A model generated the notes under the pieces. It ran no database searches and was not told the DNA's origin. It was given only the letters and a program-made list of their open reading frames with translations. Below are positions 1-12,018 of a DNA stretch of 64,000 nucleotides, piece by piece. Each line of letters starts with the position of its first letter. Position 1 is the first letter of the stretch. The translations under genes were made by a program, and so were the position numbers. This DNA comes from Antedon mediterranea (lineage: Eukaryota; Animalia; Echinodermata), in contig NC_092678.1 in the NCBI RefSeq assembly GCF_964355755.1, positions 16,597,881 through 16,661,880 of the forward strand, written 5' to 3'.

Positions 1-3000
1 GTATGCATAATAACAATGCATTGTGTACCTGTTTCAAATTTTTTTATTTTTTTTTATTTCATACCTTGGGAGATACCATTTATTTAAAAAGGGGTGTTTT
101 TCACTTTTTTTAAATTGTTCAATGCAACTAAACTTTACTTCACCATAACGCCCAAAGTGGTGTATTTTTTTAGCTGATTTATTACAAGTAGGTAGTTCTA
201 ATGTTTAATAATTGATTTATAAAATAAAATACTGGGGTAAATTTAAAATCTACAAGCAGTGTTGCGAGTAACATAGGCATTTTTATATAAAAAAAAAACA
301 TTTAATATTAGTAAAAACATTTTATTTTCTTTGATTATTTGATTTGAAACTCATTGGTCAGAAAAATTCTTAATGTTTTATATAGTTCTAGTTGTGTTGT
401 GAGAAAAAAAATTAATTTTTAATTATAGATTCTGTAATTCCCAGTTTTAATGTCATTTTATAGGTTATATCCTCTGGAAATTTGAATAAATTATCAGATC
501 GTTGTGAATTTTAATCTTTGCAACAGATTACTCCTCTCTTATTTTGAAGCTCCTCTTTCATTTGTTTACTTCTTTTATTTGCTAACCTAAGCAGATCCTA
601 CATGCCCATCCACCACCACTTTCGACTACCACCGCCCCCCACCCCACCCCGACCGACTATAACCACAAAAAGATAAACTGCAACACCTTGGTCGATCATC
701 CACTATAGAGTGTCAAATGCATGCATTCAAGCACCACCCACACTGCCGCTACTATCGCCCCAATGAATAGACGGATTCAAACTCCTCCATCCCATCCCCT
801 CCCCCTTTCTCCAAGCCCCCACCCACCCCAAGTTAAAAATTGCAATGCAAAAGATAGGACATAAAGTTAAGTTTTTAGACCCTCGCCTACAACCAGCATG
901 TAAAATATCACACTTTATTATTAAATATTGGTTTTAAATTCTATATTTTTTTTACTGTGATGGTTGGATTCAGTATTAATTATTAATTAATAATTATCTG
1001 ATAATTATTTAATTTCCCTTAGTTATGCATAGCAACAGTTACTATGGTAACTAAAAATGAGATATTCTTTAGATTTTGCCTATTTATCTCATACAAATTT
1101 AAATTTGTAGTTTATTAGCAGGCATGCCTTATTTGCATTTTTAAATTACCGTTTCACAAGGTCATATTCGTAAGCACTTTCTTCTGTGATTATTTTTATT
1201 CATGAAAACTCCATATTTTATTTACAGCGGCCACCTCCCTTTAACGGACGCACTTTGAAAAGCCTGTTTGTTCTTCCTATCTAATTAGTGCATTTGGTGC
1301 TTACCGTAAGCAGCTGCGGGCACCTTTTTATACTAAAAATGAGATTTTTTGTAAGCGGCCAATCGAAAAATATTACTAATTGCATGGACCTATGAATTAG
1401 AGGTGCATGTTTATTGTATTTCTTTATATATTAGCTTTATTTTGAAGAGGTTTTAAAAACATTACTGTGAAGAGATGAGAAAACTACACAGATTTTGACC
1501 GACCATTTTTCATATGATAAAAGTTTTTAAAATTTGTCTGAAAATGCTAAAAAATACTAAACCACCTGATTATAAATAATAATAGGCCTACAATTAGCTG
1601 GAAAATTGAGAGGCTCGTTTCGTTAAGAATATCGTATATAGCCATAATAAGTGATTTTCGCCCTTTATTGGCAGAACCTCCCGTAAGGGGTCACCGGCCG
1701 TAAGCGGCGGCCACTTTTCCAGGTCCCGAGGGTGGCCACTTACGGGAGGTTCAACTATATTTAAAAAAACAATTATCCTTAGTTATGTATAGAAACAGGT
1801 TCTAAGATAACATAAATAATACATTTTGACATAACTTGACCCAACAAATGACCGTTTCACAAGGTCAGACATTTTCTGGGATTCAGTAGATAAGTAAATT
1901 TGGGAAAAGGTAGTAAAGCTATGTAATCAATTGTTTGTATTCATGAAACCCCATATTAAAAATATTGTACTTAGTTACGTATAGAAACAGTTGCTACAAT
2001 ACACTATAGGTAAAATGTTGATGTCATTTGACCTCAATATGTAAACAATTTTTTTTTTCATGAAACTCCATATTTAATTTTTTTTTTTAATATCATTTGT
2101 TACGTAAACAGGTTTAAGATAACACTAAAGGTCATTTTTTTTACCTTTATTCAGATTCGTCAAGACTTTCTTTCTGAGATTATTAGGATTCAGTATTTAA
2201 AGTAAATTTGGCAAAAAGTAGAAATGTAATTTGTAAAACTATGTAGAAAAAATGTTTTGTATTTATGAAAAACCCCTTATTTTTTTTGAAATTTTCGCAT
2301 AGAAACAGTTACTATGGTAAAATGTTGACCTCAAAATGAATGAATTTACAAGGTCAAGTTTGTCATTAATGGAATGTAGTAGAAGTAAAATTGAGAAAAA
2401 TTACAAATGCAATCAATTCTTTGTATTTATAAAAACACCATTTTTTAAGTTTAAAAAAAAAGTACTTTCCTTAGTTACACATAGAAATGGTTGCTAAGGT
2501 AACACTATAGGTAAAATAAGAAAATTGTTGAGAATTGTTAAGAACTATCTTGTAAATTTTGATCAAACATTAATAGTTGTAGTAAAGTGGGGACCTGTCC
2601 TGTTTTGCATTCTGACTCCTTTTGACCTCAAATGACCTATTTACAAGGTCAGATTTTTTGGGAGGTCTTTCTGTATCTCTTTACACAAAATAGATTAAAA
2701 AATTTATAAAAACCATTGACGCAATTATTTCCAAGTTTAACATTATTTTCCATCAACTACATATTTCAATGCAAAATACTGTTTTTCTGGAAATTAATTG
2801 AAATAAACCTGGCAACACATTCTCCTATTTTATCTAAAATATTCGTATGACTCTAGTAGCATTATGGCAAGCCACATATACATTTTATTATTGGATTAGC
2901 CATATTTAAATTGTGTTTCATGTGTTTTGTTTGTTGATATTTTGTTATATTTTTTGTATTTTTCATATTTTCCTGGCAACACAAAACCTATGTACGAAAT

Positions 3001-3504
3001 TTACCCCAGTGTTTTTTTCGTGATTATTGTTGACAAACCTATTGACTATCAAATTAAAAAACCTCATTGATTTAAAAACACCACTTTGGAAGTTATAGGT
3101 ACGTTTATGAGGTATACTTTTATAAAAAAATTATATTTTAAAAACATCCCTTTTTAAAATAATGGTATCAACCAAACTCCATTTTGTAATTAATTTTTTT
3201 TCTACATTAAATGGAACTCAATACATGTTGTTTACACTGCTATAAACAAAAACTGTATACTGTAAGTATTTTTGGTTAAAATAAGTATACAAGTTTGTAC
3301 TTTTTCACTATAGAAAATCTGTGAAAAATGGCAAAAACATCAAAATTTGGATAATTGACCGTTGTCATGGCAACGGAGGCTAAAAATTGAAATGAATGTT
3401 GTAGATATGCTTTTTATTGAAATGTCTATTCATGGTAAAAATTTGAGAGAAATCCATTTTTTTACATCTGCCACCAAATCTTTGATTTTTACAGACAATG
3501 GCTC
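1..3504. mobile_element. Non-autonomous DNA transposon with long diverged inverted arms (Sola3- or Kolobok-like, TTAA site); left end lies upstream of the window
   Basis: Blocks at 66-101, 138-170 and 231-244 are reverse complements of blocks at 3141-3176, 3074-3100 and 2997-3010. Right end reads ...acagacaatggCTC|TTAA (5'-GAG terminus on the - strand at a TTAA). The motif cttagtta(t/c)gcatagaaacagtt recurs near 1017, 1777, 1970, 2098, 2296 and 2469. Confidence 0.55.
1225..1757. mobile_element. Tc1/mariner (pogo/Tigger-like) MITE nested in the previous element
   Basis: Right end gtggccacttacgggaggttcaacta|ta; degenerate left end ta|cagcggccacctccc; repeated ccgtaagcggcc motifs. Confidence 0.5.
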
Positions 3505-3530
3505 TTAATTGTTTATGTTTCCTTGCATAG

Positions 3531-5716
3531 GCTTGTCTAAAAGATTGTCTCTACAGACACACATTTCTTGAATGTGACTGTTACAATTCTCGATACACTT
3601 ACGATTCTGAATCGCCAGTGTGCAAAGTTGGTGTGGAAGAGGAAGGTATCACAACTATTCTTTATTTTTGTGGCGTTGTTAAAAATGATGAGTAGGCTAG
3701 GCCTACAGTACCGGTAGGCCTACTGAATTTCAGCTGTTCTCTGCATTGTCAAATAATACAAATATGTCTAAATTTGACTAAATATAACGTACGATAGAAC
3801 AAAAAACAAAACATCCTAGTCAGATACAGTTTATAATAACTTATTTACTTTCATTAATGTGTTTGTCTTTTGAATACGGTATTTATTTAGAGGAGTGCTT
3901 GCTTAATACTGAAACAATGATTGCAGAGGGTAACATCAGCTGTAACTGTGGGCCTGCATGCACGTAAGTCAGTGCTTTCAAATGTCACCAGCCCACTACC
4001 ATCTTTTAAAACCTGAATAATAATGTATAAGTAGACCCTACATTAATTGCCGTATTTACCGTTCTTTTGCTATCCTTAGCTTACCAAATCACATAATCTG
4101 AATTTCCTTACGTTCCGTCATATGGAAACAAAGCATTAGAGGAACCAATGCTCGGCTAGTGATCTGGAGGTCGTTGGTGGTTCGACTTTGACTTAAATAT
4201 TCTCATAATGTACTTAGTATAAACATGGAGGAAAAAATAATTTATTTTTTCCTCCATGGTCAGAGTAGGGCAACCATTTTTACCAATTATAATTATATTT
4301 TAAGTATAGGCCTATAGTAATAATTTCTTGTTTACGTTGGTTGTCCACAGAGAGGTATCTTACAGTACGAGCGTATTTTCATCGGCATGGCCGGGTTCAG
4401 AGTATTTGGTGAGATTTTCAATCACTTTTTCTAATAAAATACAAACTTTTTATTTATAAAATCAATGTGATATGTGATAATTTTAGAGTATTTTGAACTT
4501 GTCAGATACAGTTGTTACTTAAATTTCTTTTTCACACATTATTTTCACAGCCTAAAATCGTAGACAAACTTCTGAACACACCAGCAATTAGTGTAGAAGG
4601 CAACGATACCGAGAAATTCATTTAGTAAATATACCAATACTTATTTAACATTTTTTTCTTCTTCATATTTTCAGCGTTGTTTATATTTTGTTTGTTCTTT
4701 TTTATTCTCATTTGTATTCATTTTGTTTTTGTCTGTGATACCAGTGCTGTGACAAATATAATAAACAAATAAATGTTGTCAGCATTCATGTATAATATCT
4801 AGCTAGTAGGCTAATATGATATGTACGTTATAGGTACAAATATGGTCCTATACCGCACAAATAGTATACTAAAATATATCCATTTTATTTATTCAATTAC
4901 CATTTATTTTCTAGTGAAAACTTTGCAAAATTGAACGTTTATTATGAAAATCTGCAATACGACTCAATCGAACAAGTAGCAACGTACACAGTAAGTTATA
5001 ATATATATTAAAATCAGCTATGAACACATAGTACATTCTGAAATGCACGATATCGTACGTGTATTTCATTATTTTGACATTAATATCATCCGACATTATA
5101 ATATATTACTGTTGTTATGAATTAGGAACCAGTTGATGAAATAAAAAAAACACACAAAAACATTAATTAATGTTAATTATTTCACATCGATTATATAATA
5201 ATAATAATAATAACGCAAAATGCAGGGCGCCTCTAAGAGCGCTGAACGAATAACAAAAGTAACACTAATTAATTAATGTTAAAAATGCAAATTAAAAAGG
5301 TGGCATTTGAGGAGTTGTTTGAATGTGGCGATTGATTCGGCATTCATGATTGAGTTTGGAAGTGCGTTCCAAAGAGCATGCAGCAGCTGACTAGGAAAAG
5401 GCGCGTTGTCCATAACATTTTGTTTACGGCTTTGAGGTACGTATTTAGGCCTTGTAAGGAGAAATGATTATATAACAGCTATTGTTATTTTCTTTTTCTA
5501 AAGTTGCTATCACTTGTAAGTAATGTTGGAGGACACTTGGGTCTTTGGATTGGTATGTCGGCTTTAACGTTGATGGAATTTCTAGAGTGCATGTACGACG
5601 TGTTATACGTACTGATGTTCCGGCGAAAAAACGCGACACAGAACGTTAGCCAATCGGCTAATGGAGCTGAAAACCATTCCAGTGCGACCTTCAAGAACGA
5701 TGCATTTTCACAATAG
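3531..5716 (+). CDS. DEG/ENaC (ASIC/amiloride-sensitive sodium channel family) subunit, 3' exons only
   Basis: Six phase-compatible GT-AG exons: 3531-3645, 3891-3963, 4351-4408, 4551-4624, 4915-4990, 5504-5716. They give the Cys-rich thumb ACLKDC..ECDC..CNCGPAC, SAWP, NFAKLNVYYENL, and TM2 SNVGGHLGLWIGMSALTLMEFLE with a G-x-S filter. The 5' exons are outside the window. Confidence 0.93.
5197..5460 (-). mobile_element. 3' fragment of an L2/CR1-group LINE in the last ENaC intron
   Basis: Minus strand gives degenerate YGQRAFS..LWNALPNSIMNAESIATFKQLLKCHLF, typical of the L2 ORF2 C-terminus, followed by a gcgct-containing stem and a (TTA)n tail. Confidence 0.7.
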
Positions 5717-8700
5717 TAGCAATGATTTATTAGGTGATTTTGTAAAATTGATTTCAAAAAGATGAATTTAATATTAATGTTCAGTACTATTTGTAAGAAG
5801 CATTAGGCATTATGCAGTGAATGTAACATGTCTTGACAGGAGATTTTGTTGTAATGTATTTCGATAGGAATAACGTTCTGCGCATATTGACATCTCCTAA
5901 AAATAGGTTAAATTTTGACTCAAAATGGATAATACGTATACGATTGATAGATATACTCCTCGCTCACTCAGTAAGGTGGGGGGGGGGGTGGAGGGGGCGC
6001 ATTTTGTTGGTGACAAAGCACCACTTAATACTACTGTATAATTATATTAGCCACCATTGGTATCTGAACTTTCTCATTAACATTATAACACGTGTTTCCA
6101 AAAAGGAAATACGTCTGCACAAAGTTGAGAATGTATCGGCGTATCGTTTATAAAGCCAACCTAACTAAGTTACTAAGTGCAGGCCTATACAGAAATAATT
6201 AATAAATAAGGTATGATTTTGTGTCGAAGTACCCGTTAGGCTTATTGTACGTAATCAAATACGTAGGCATATGATTTTTAAAAAACAGGTTACAATGTAA
6301 CTTGAAAGAAGTTGGGGAAAAGGAAATGTAAGAAATCTAAATGAATAAAATAAAACTGGATAGATAAAAAAGCGGTAAAATGATGATGTAAAACTAAACA
6401 ACAAAAAACTAGGTGTAAGATAAAAACAAAATGATGTAGCCTATACATATGGATAGATGTCATACTTTCTAAAATGTAAACATATTCATTATTTTGTTAT
6501 AGGATTATGAAATGTTATCTAGTATCGGCTAGTTTTCAATTAAAAAATTGAATTGTGACGTCATTAATGTAATATTATTTCATGACGACTTTCTCCGGAA
6601 ACAATACTTATAATTCAATGAACAGTATTAACTGAAAATAGTACTGCATTAATTAAACGAAATCAATATTAAAGATGTCTCATTTTGATCAAAGAGCGTA
6701 ACTAATGTAAAATAAACATTCAAATTGTATTTAAGAATATAAATACGTCAAGAATTATTAGCTTCACTGTTGCAGTTTGTGGGGCAAATTAAAGTATAGT
6801 TTGGAATAGTTCTAATCAGTAGAAATCTAAATATATACTTATATATGTGGTGTTTTTATGTAAATGATTGTGTAATAAATAATTTACCATTTTTCGGTAA
6901 ATGAATGTAGTAACAATAATAATTGTTCTCTTGTATATAATTTCCAATAATGAATAATAAATTCAGTTTGGAGTGCATGATAACCAGCAGATCCGATTAA
7001 TAAATCCTAACTAATTATAATGTTAAATGATGTATCTTCTACCTGCTGATTTAAGAATAAAAACGTTTTGTTTCTCAAAGTTCAATCTAGGTTTTCACAC
7101 GCATACATTTCTGCCGCATTTCACGCACATCTTTAACCTTTCCATTCAAACAAACTGCTGATTTCTTTAACATTTATGTTGCGCGGAACTCGAAACCGCC
7201 ACAATGACGAAGAGTACAAATCTAGTGTTTTTAAAATTGTTTAAGCCCAAAGACATTCCATTATTCTATTTTGTCTCTCTTCTGCTATCTGTTACAGCAT
7301 TAATGAGTTTTTTAAACCTCTCCCAAGTTTGTTTTTAATTTTTATTTTTTCATTTCAGTCCACCAACAGTAAGTCGGCGTTTCAATTTCTGTTGGGAAGG
7401 ATTATACGTATGAAAGGCCATATGTGCCTAAATATTCATCTTTATCTTACTATAAATAAAAACAGTCTAGAACCTAGGCTGTGAGTTGTTGTTGTAAGTG
7501 AAAATGTGTTGTTAGAATAAAGAATAACACCAAATTATTCTTCTTATTCGTATTATATTTCAAATAACTGCAATAAACATAAAAAACAAGTAACAGTACG
7601 AAAATTATCACTTTTTAAAGTGTTTCTATATCGTAATAATATTTACATAAATAACTTATGCACATTTCTAATTATCATCACTGAGGATACAAAGTTTACA
7701 AAGAACAGGGATCAATTTTGTTTGTAACTAAAAGGTTAGATGTAAAACTACCTTACATTTCATATATTATATTTGCAGACGTCCTAACTTGGAAAAATCA
7801 AATATTGGGAGGTTTTACGTAATCATGTTCAAACTATAGAGGGCGCTATCATATTTAAGACAATACATACAACTATAGAGGGCGCTATTAAAGTTATTGT
7901 TATTTATAATACGTGCAAAAGGCGGAAAATACGATGTCAACTCATTGCACTTATTAAACAATACATTGATTAAAAACATCTTGTGGACTGCTTATTTAGC
8001 ATATGGAGTAGCAATAGGAATTAGAAATATCGGGAGAACTCCCTCCATTATCGGAAGATTTGGGAGGTCTGTCTAATCAGTTTAGATCGGTTCAGACACA
8101 TTGAATAATTAATAATAAGCACCTCCATCGTATTATACAAATTTGACTATATGACGTTCACCCTCAAATAATAATAGGCCCTACTATTAATTGTGTTTTT
8201 ATTGAATAGGATATTTTAATTGTTAACTTCAAAACTACAAATGGCCTATTCAAAGTATGCTTTTATTTTATTTTTCCTTTTTCTAATGTATTTTTCACAG
8301 ATATAATATTTTACATTTAGACTGGTGCGGTGATCGGACAAGTAAACCCTCATTATAAACTCATATACAAAACTTTAATAATTAGGAATTTTCATAATAC
8401 ATTCAATTATCTACTATTTTCGATGAGAATTACGTTTTGTTTTAAAAACTCAAAGTTCACTACCACTAAAGCTCTGTCTACACTATCAAACTAGTTTGAC
8501 AAAAAAGCATGATGTGCCCAAATAATAAGGTAGTGATATTCCAACATATGGTAGTAATATGACATCACCGTGTCCATGGGCACATCACATTTTGCCACAT
8601 AAAGTTTGATAGTGTACAGCCCTATAACACTTTTGAATTATTCAAGCAAAACACATACACTAAAAATATAGATATTGCCACAGAGGAATCATTTTAAACT

Positions 8701-9101
8701 AATTTACTCATGTCAAATGTTACCGGACCTGGGTGTTTAAATATGAGTAATATTATTTTTCTATGATATACTTAGATAATTTTAAGTCGACAATGAAGAC
8801 ATTTGGAATATTTTACACACATAATATATTGTAACTTTAATCTACAAACAAGAAACATTGTTGAAAAGGATTTAGTAACGACCTATGACGTCATAGAGAT
8901 GTACTGTACGTCATTTTTGTCAAGTTGTCTGATCAAATTATTTGGTCGATTCTCTCAGACATTTGCATTTCAACCTTTTTTGGGTGAATTTTCTTTAATT
9001 TACAGAGCCTTGGACATTTTCTTTTCTCCATGCTTGGACAAATGACACTACATAATAAGTCATATCCTAAATCAAAACCTCTATATTCTCTACTATAATA
9101 T

Positions 9102-9190
9102 TAGGCAAACCCTTAAATAGGCAAACCCTTAAATAGGCACACCCTTAATAGGAAAACCCTTAAATAGGCACACCCTTAAATAGGCAAACT
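9102..9190. repeat. 16-bp minisatellite (taggcaaacccttaaa), about 5 copies
   Basis: Tandem units are directly visible. Confidence 0.85.
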
Positions 9191-9919
9191 GTTTGGTCCC
9201 AAATTGTAGGCACTATACAGTAATTAACGTAACCGTAAGTTAGGCTATATACATAATCGGTATCAGATAATAGTTGCAGTGATAAGCCATCAAAATCAGC
9301 AGTGTATACCCACAAAAATAACTAATTAATAACAATTGTGTAAATCGTAAAAAAAAAAAATTAAAATAAATATTCATCTTGTATATTTGTGCAACACTGA
9401 GTGCAAAATGCGACAGAGTGTCAAGGTTAGGATAAAGATACTGCAGTAACTATAACAAAATACTGCAGCAATTAAAAAATTAAAATTGGATATTCCCTAC
9501 ATGTACTTTACTTGCTTAAACAGGTTTATGGTGTAACTGTAACAAAGTACCTATTACTGCAGTACCTATACAAAATACTGAAGCAATTACAAAACATTAA
9601 ATATGCATTTGATTGACCAGCTTTCCCATGCTGTTATATGAATTTGGTGGGTTCATTTTCTAGGCAATAAGCCATATATAAAATATATTTGTTTCATGGC
9701 CAGTTAATTAAGGCTTGTTAACCTCATATAACCTAGTTTCAGGATTTAACAACAATGTATATTTGATTTGCAAATTCTTTCTTTGCACAATTCTAAAATG
9801 CAAACAAATAGTTAAGTTGATAAGTTAAGTAAGTAAGAGTAACCCATAACTTTACAATATGTTTGTTGAAAGTTGTAATGGAACTTTAGTACACATTGTG
9901 CTTTATTAGTGAAAAGTAC

Positions 9920-10498
9920 ACATGGTGAAACCACACAATTACATATCATAGTGAAATAACATGGCTTGGTAAAATCACACGATGAATCCACATATGGATA
10001 TCATGGTGAATATGGTAAAATTGAATCATTATGCAACCAAACGGTGAAATCACATAATGAAATCATGTCATAAACTCACAAAAATGTAATGTGGTTAAAC
10101 TACATATGGAATAACATGGTTAAATAACATGGTATGGTGAAATCATGTGGTAAAATCACATGATATGGTGAAATCATGTGGTAAAATCACATGATATGGT
10201 GAAATTATGTGGTGAAATAACAGTGAAATCATGTGGTAAACTCACACAGTTAAATCACATAATGATAGGGTAAAATCACATGGTAAAATCACATGATAGG
10301 TGAAATCATGTGGTAAAATCACATGGTTAAATCACATAATGATATGGTGAAATCATGTGGTGAAATCACATGGTTAAATCACATAATGATATGGTGAAAA
10401 CATGTGGTAAAATCACATGATGAATGAAATCACGTGGTAATATCACATAGTGAAATCATGTGGTAAAATCACATGATGAATGAAATCATGTGGTGAAA
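9920..10498. repeat. Degenerate minisatellite built from gtgaaatcacatg / gtgaaatcatgtg units
   Basis: Many ~13-bp variants are visible in tandem. Confidence 0.85.
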
Positions 10499-11080
10499 TA
10501 ATTCAGAAAACAAACTACTCTAGGGCATAAAATATTGATATAATTCACAATTCATACATGAAAATATGTACTGGACATAATAAAATCATTGAGGAATTTT
10601 GATCGAATGTATCACCCAGTATTGAAATAATACTAATTTAACACTAAGTACAGTACACAATCTTTATACAGTATGTTTATATGTTACCTATTGCAAAGAA
10701 AAACCACTATAGAGCTCACCACATAACGATATCATTTGGCTTGTTTAAATGTTCCACCAAACTACAGTACATGTGCATAATTTCCTAAAATTCTATACAT
10801 TAAATGATGTATAGTTAGAATGTAAATATAGAAAATTGTTTTTCCTAGCAGCAGTTGGCTCCGCTCAAGAAAACTTCCGTTATATCCTTATAAGCTGATA
10901 GCAACATCGTGGACTAGTGCTAAAGGTCTGTCTGCACTTTATGTGACAAAAAATGTGATGTGCCCATGTGTGAAAATAGCGACCTTTCATGTTTTCACGA
11001 TGTGCCCCAGCTGTTGAGTTTAAAAGTCATTCTGCACATGCTATGATACATACAGTATAACCATGCACAGAATGAAAGTA

Positions 11081-11232
11081 AAGCTTAGTTCCTACTAGAA
11101 CGCAACACAAGGACAACACAAGCGAGTTGACCAATCACACGTGACTGTTCGAATAATTCATCGCATGAGATTGGTCAAATCACTTTGCATTGCATTACGT
11201 TCTTGCGTTACGTTCTAATTGGAACCAAGCTT
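11081..11232. mobile_element. Short palindromic MITE (PIF/Harbinger-like); relatives at ~11353-11512, ~32396-32576 and a partial copy at ~28980-29040
   Basis: Inverted ends aagctt(a/g)gttcc..actagaacgcaac ... gttacgttctaattggaaccaagctt, and a shared gaccaatcac/gtgattggtc core. Confidence 0.7.
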
Positions 11233-12018
11233 AAGACTGACTCAATAGCCAAGTGATGAAAACAAAAGGTCGCCAATACTGCAACTACACCACACATACA
11301 TTGGATTAATATACAATTTGTTTTTGGTCAACTTCCTGCCACTGCTTGAGTTAAGCTTGGTTCCAACTGGGACGCAACACAAGGACTAAGCGTGTTGCAA
11401 GTAATTTGACCAATCACGACATGATGGATCATCAGAACGGTTGCTTGCGATTGGTCAACTTCCTTGCGTTGAGCCAACATCGCTGCATTGTGTTCAAGTG
11501 AGAAACGCGCTTTAAAATGAAATCATAATGGCTAGCTAACTTTTTTTTTAACAACCACATAGTACAGTATACTATTGATAGTATGGGATGTGATATGGTG
11601 TATTTTATGTTAATTTCATATAGGCAACTAGTATAATGTACGTTCTTTCATAAAAATACAATTGACTTAAATCAATTAACTTTTAAGTGATGCAAAATGA
11701 GCAGAACAATTCACCTTTCACGTATTCAATGAACATTTATTTTCTACCTAATATTTTAACAGTAATAATTAAATATTTTCTATGTAAATTTTAATTATTC
11801 AATAGATAAGGATATAAAATAATAAAAGAACCATGCGAGATCCATTTCGTTTCAATCCTCCTTGCGCCTGATTGGTAGCAGTAATCGTTCAAAGACTTGT
11901 TATAATATATACAATGTTCTTCTGTACAGTTTCAGTATATCAAGACGGTGATTTCGTTTCCGCTTAACATTTTGTGTTACAAACATAAACTTCATGGAAT
12001 GACTACAACCTTTGACCC

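Noticed and set aside
7776-8070. hAT-like MITE (cagacgtcc...ggaggtctg)
   Set aside because: The inverted match is short and imperfect and no TSD was found.
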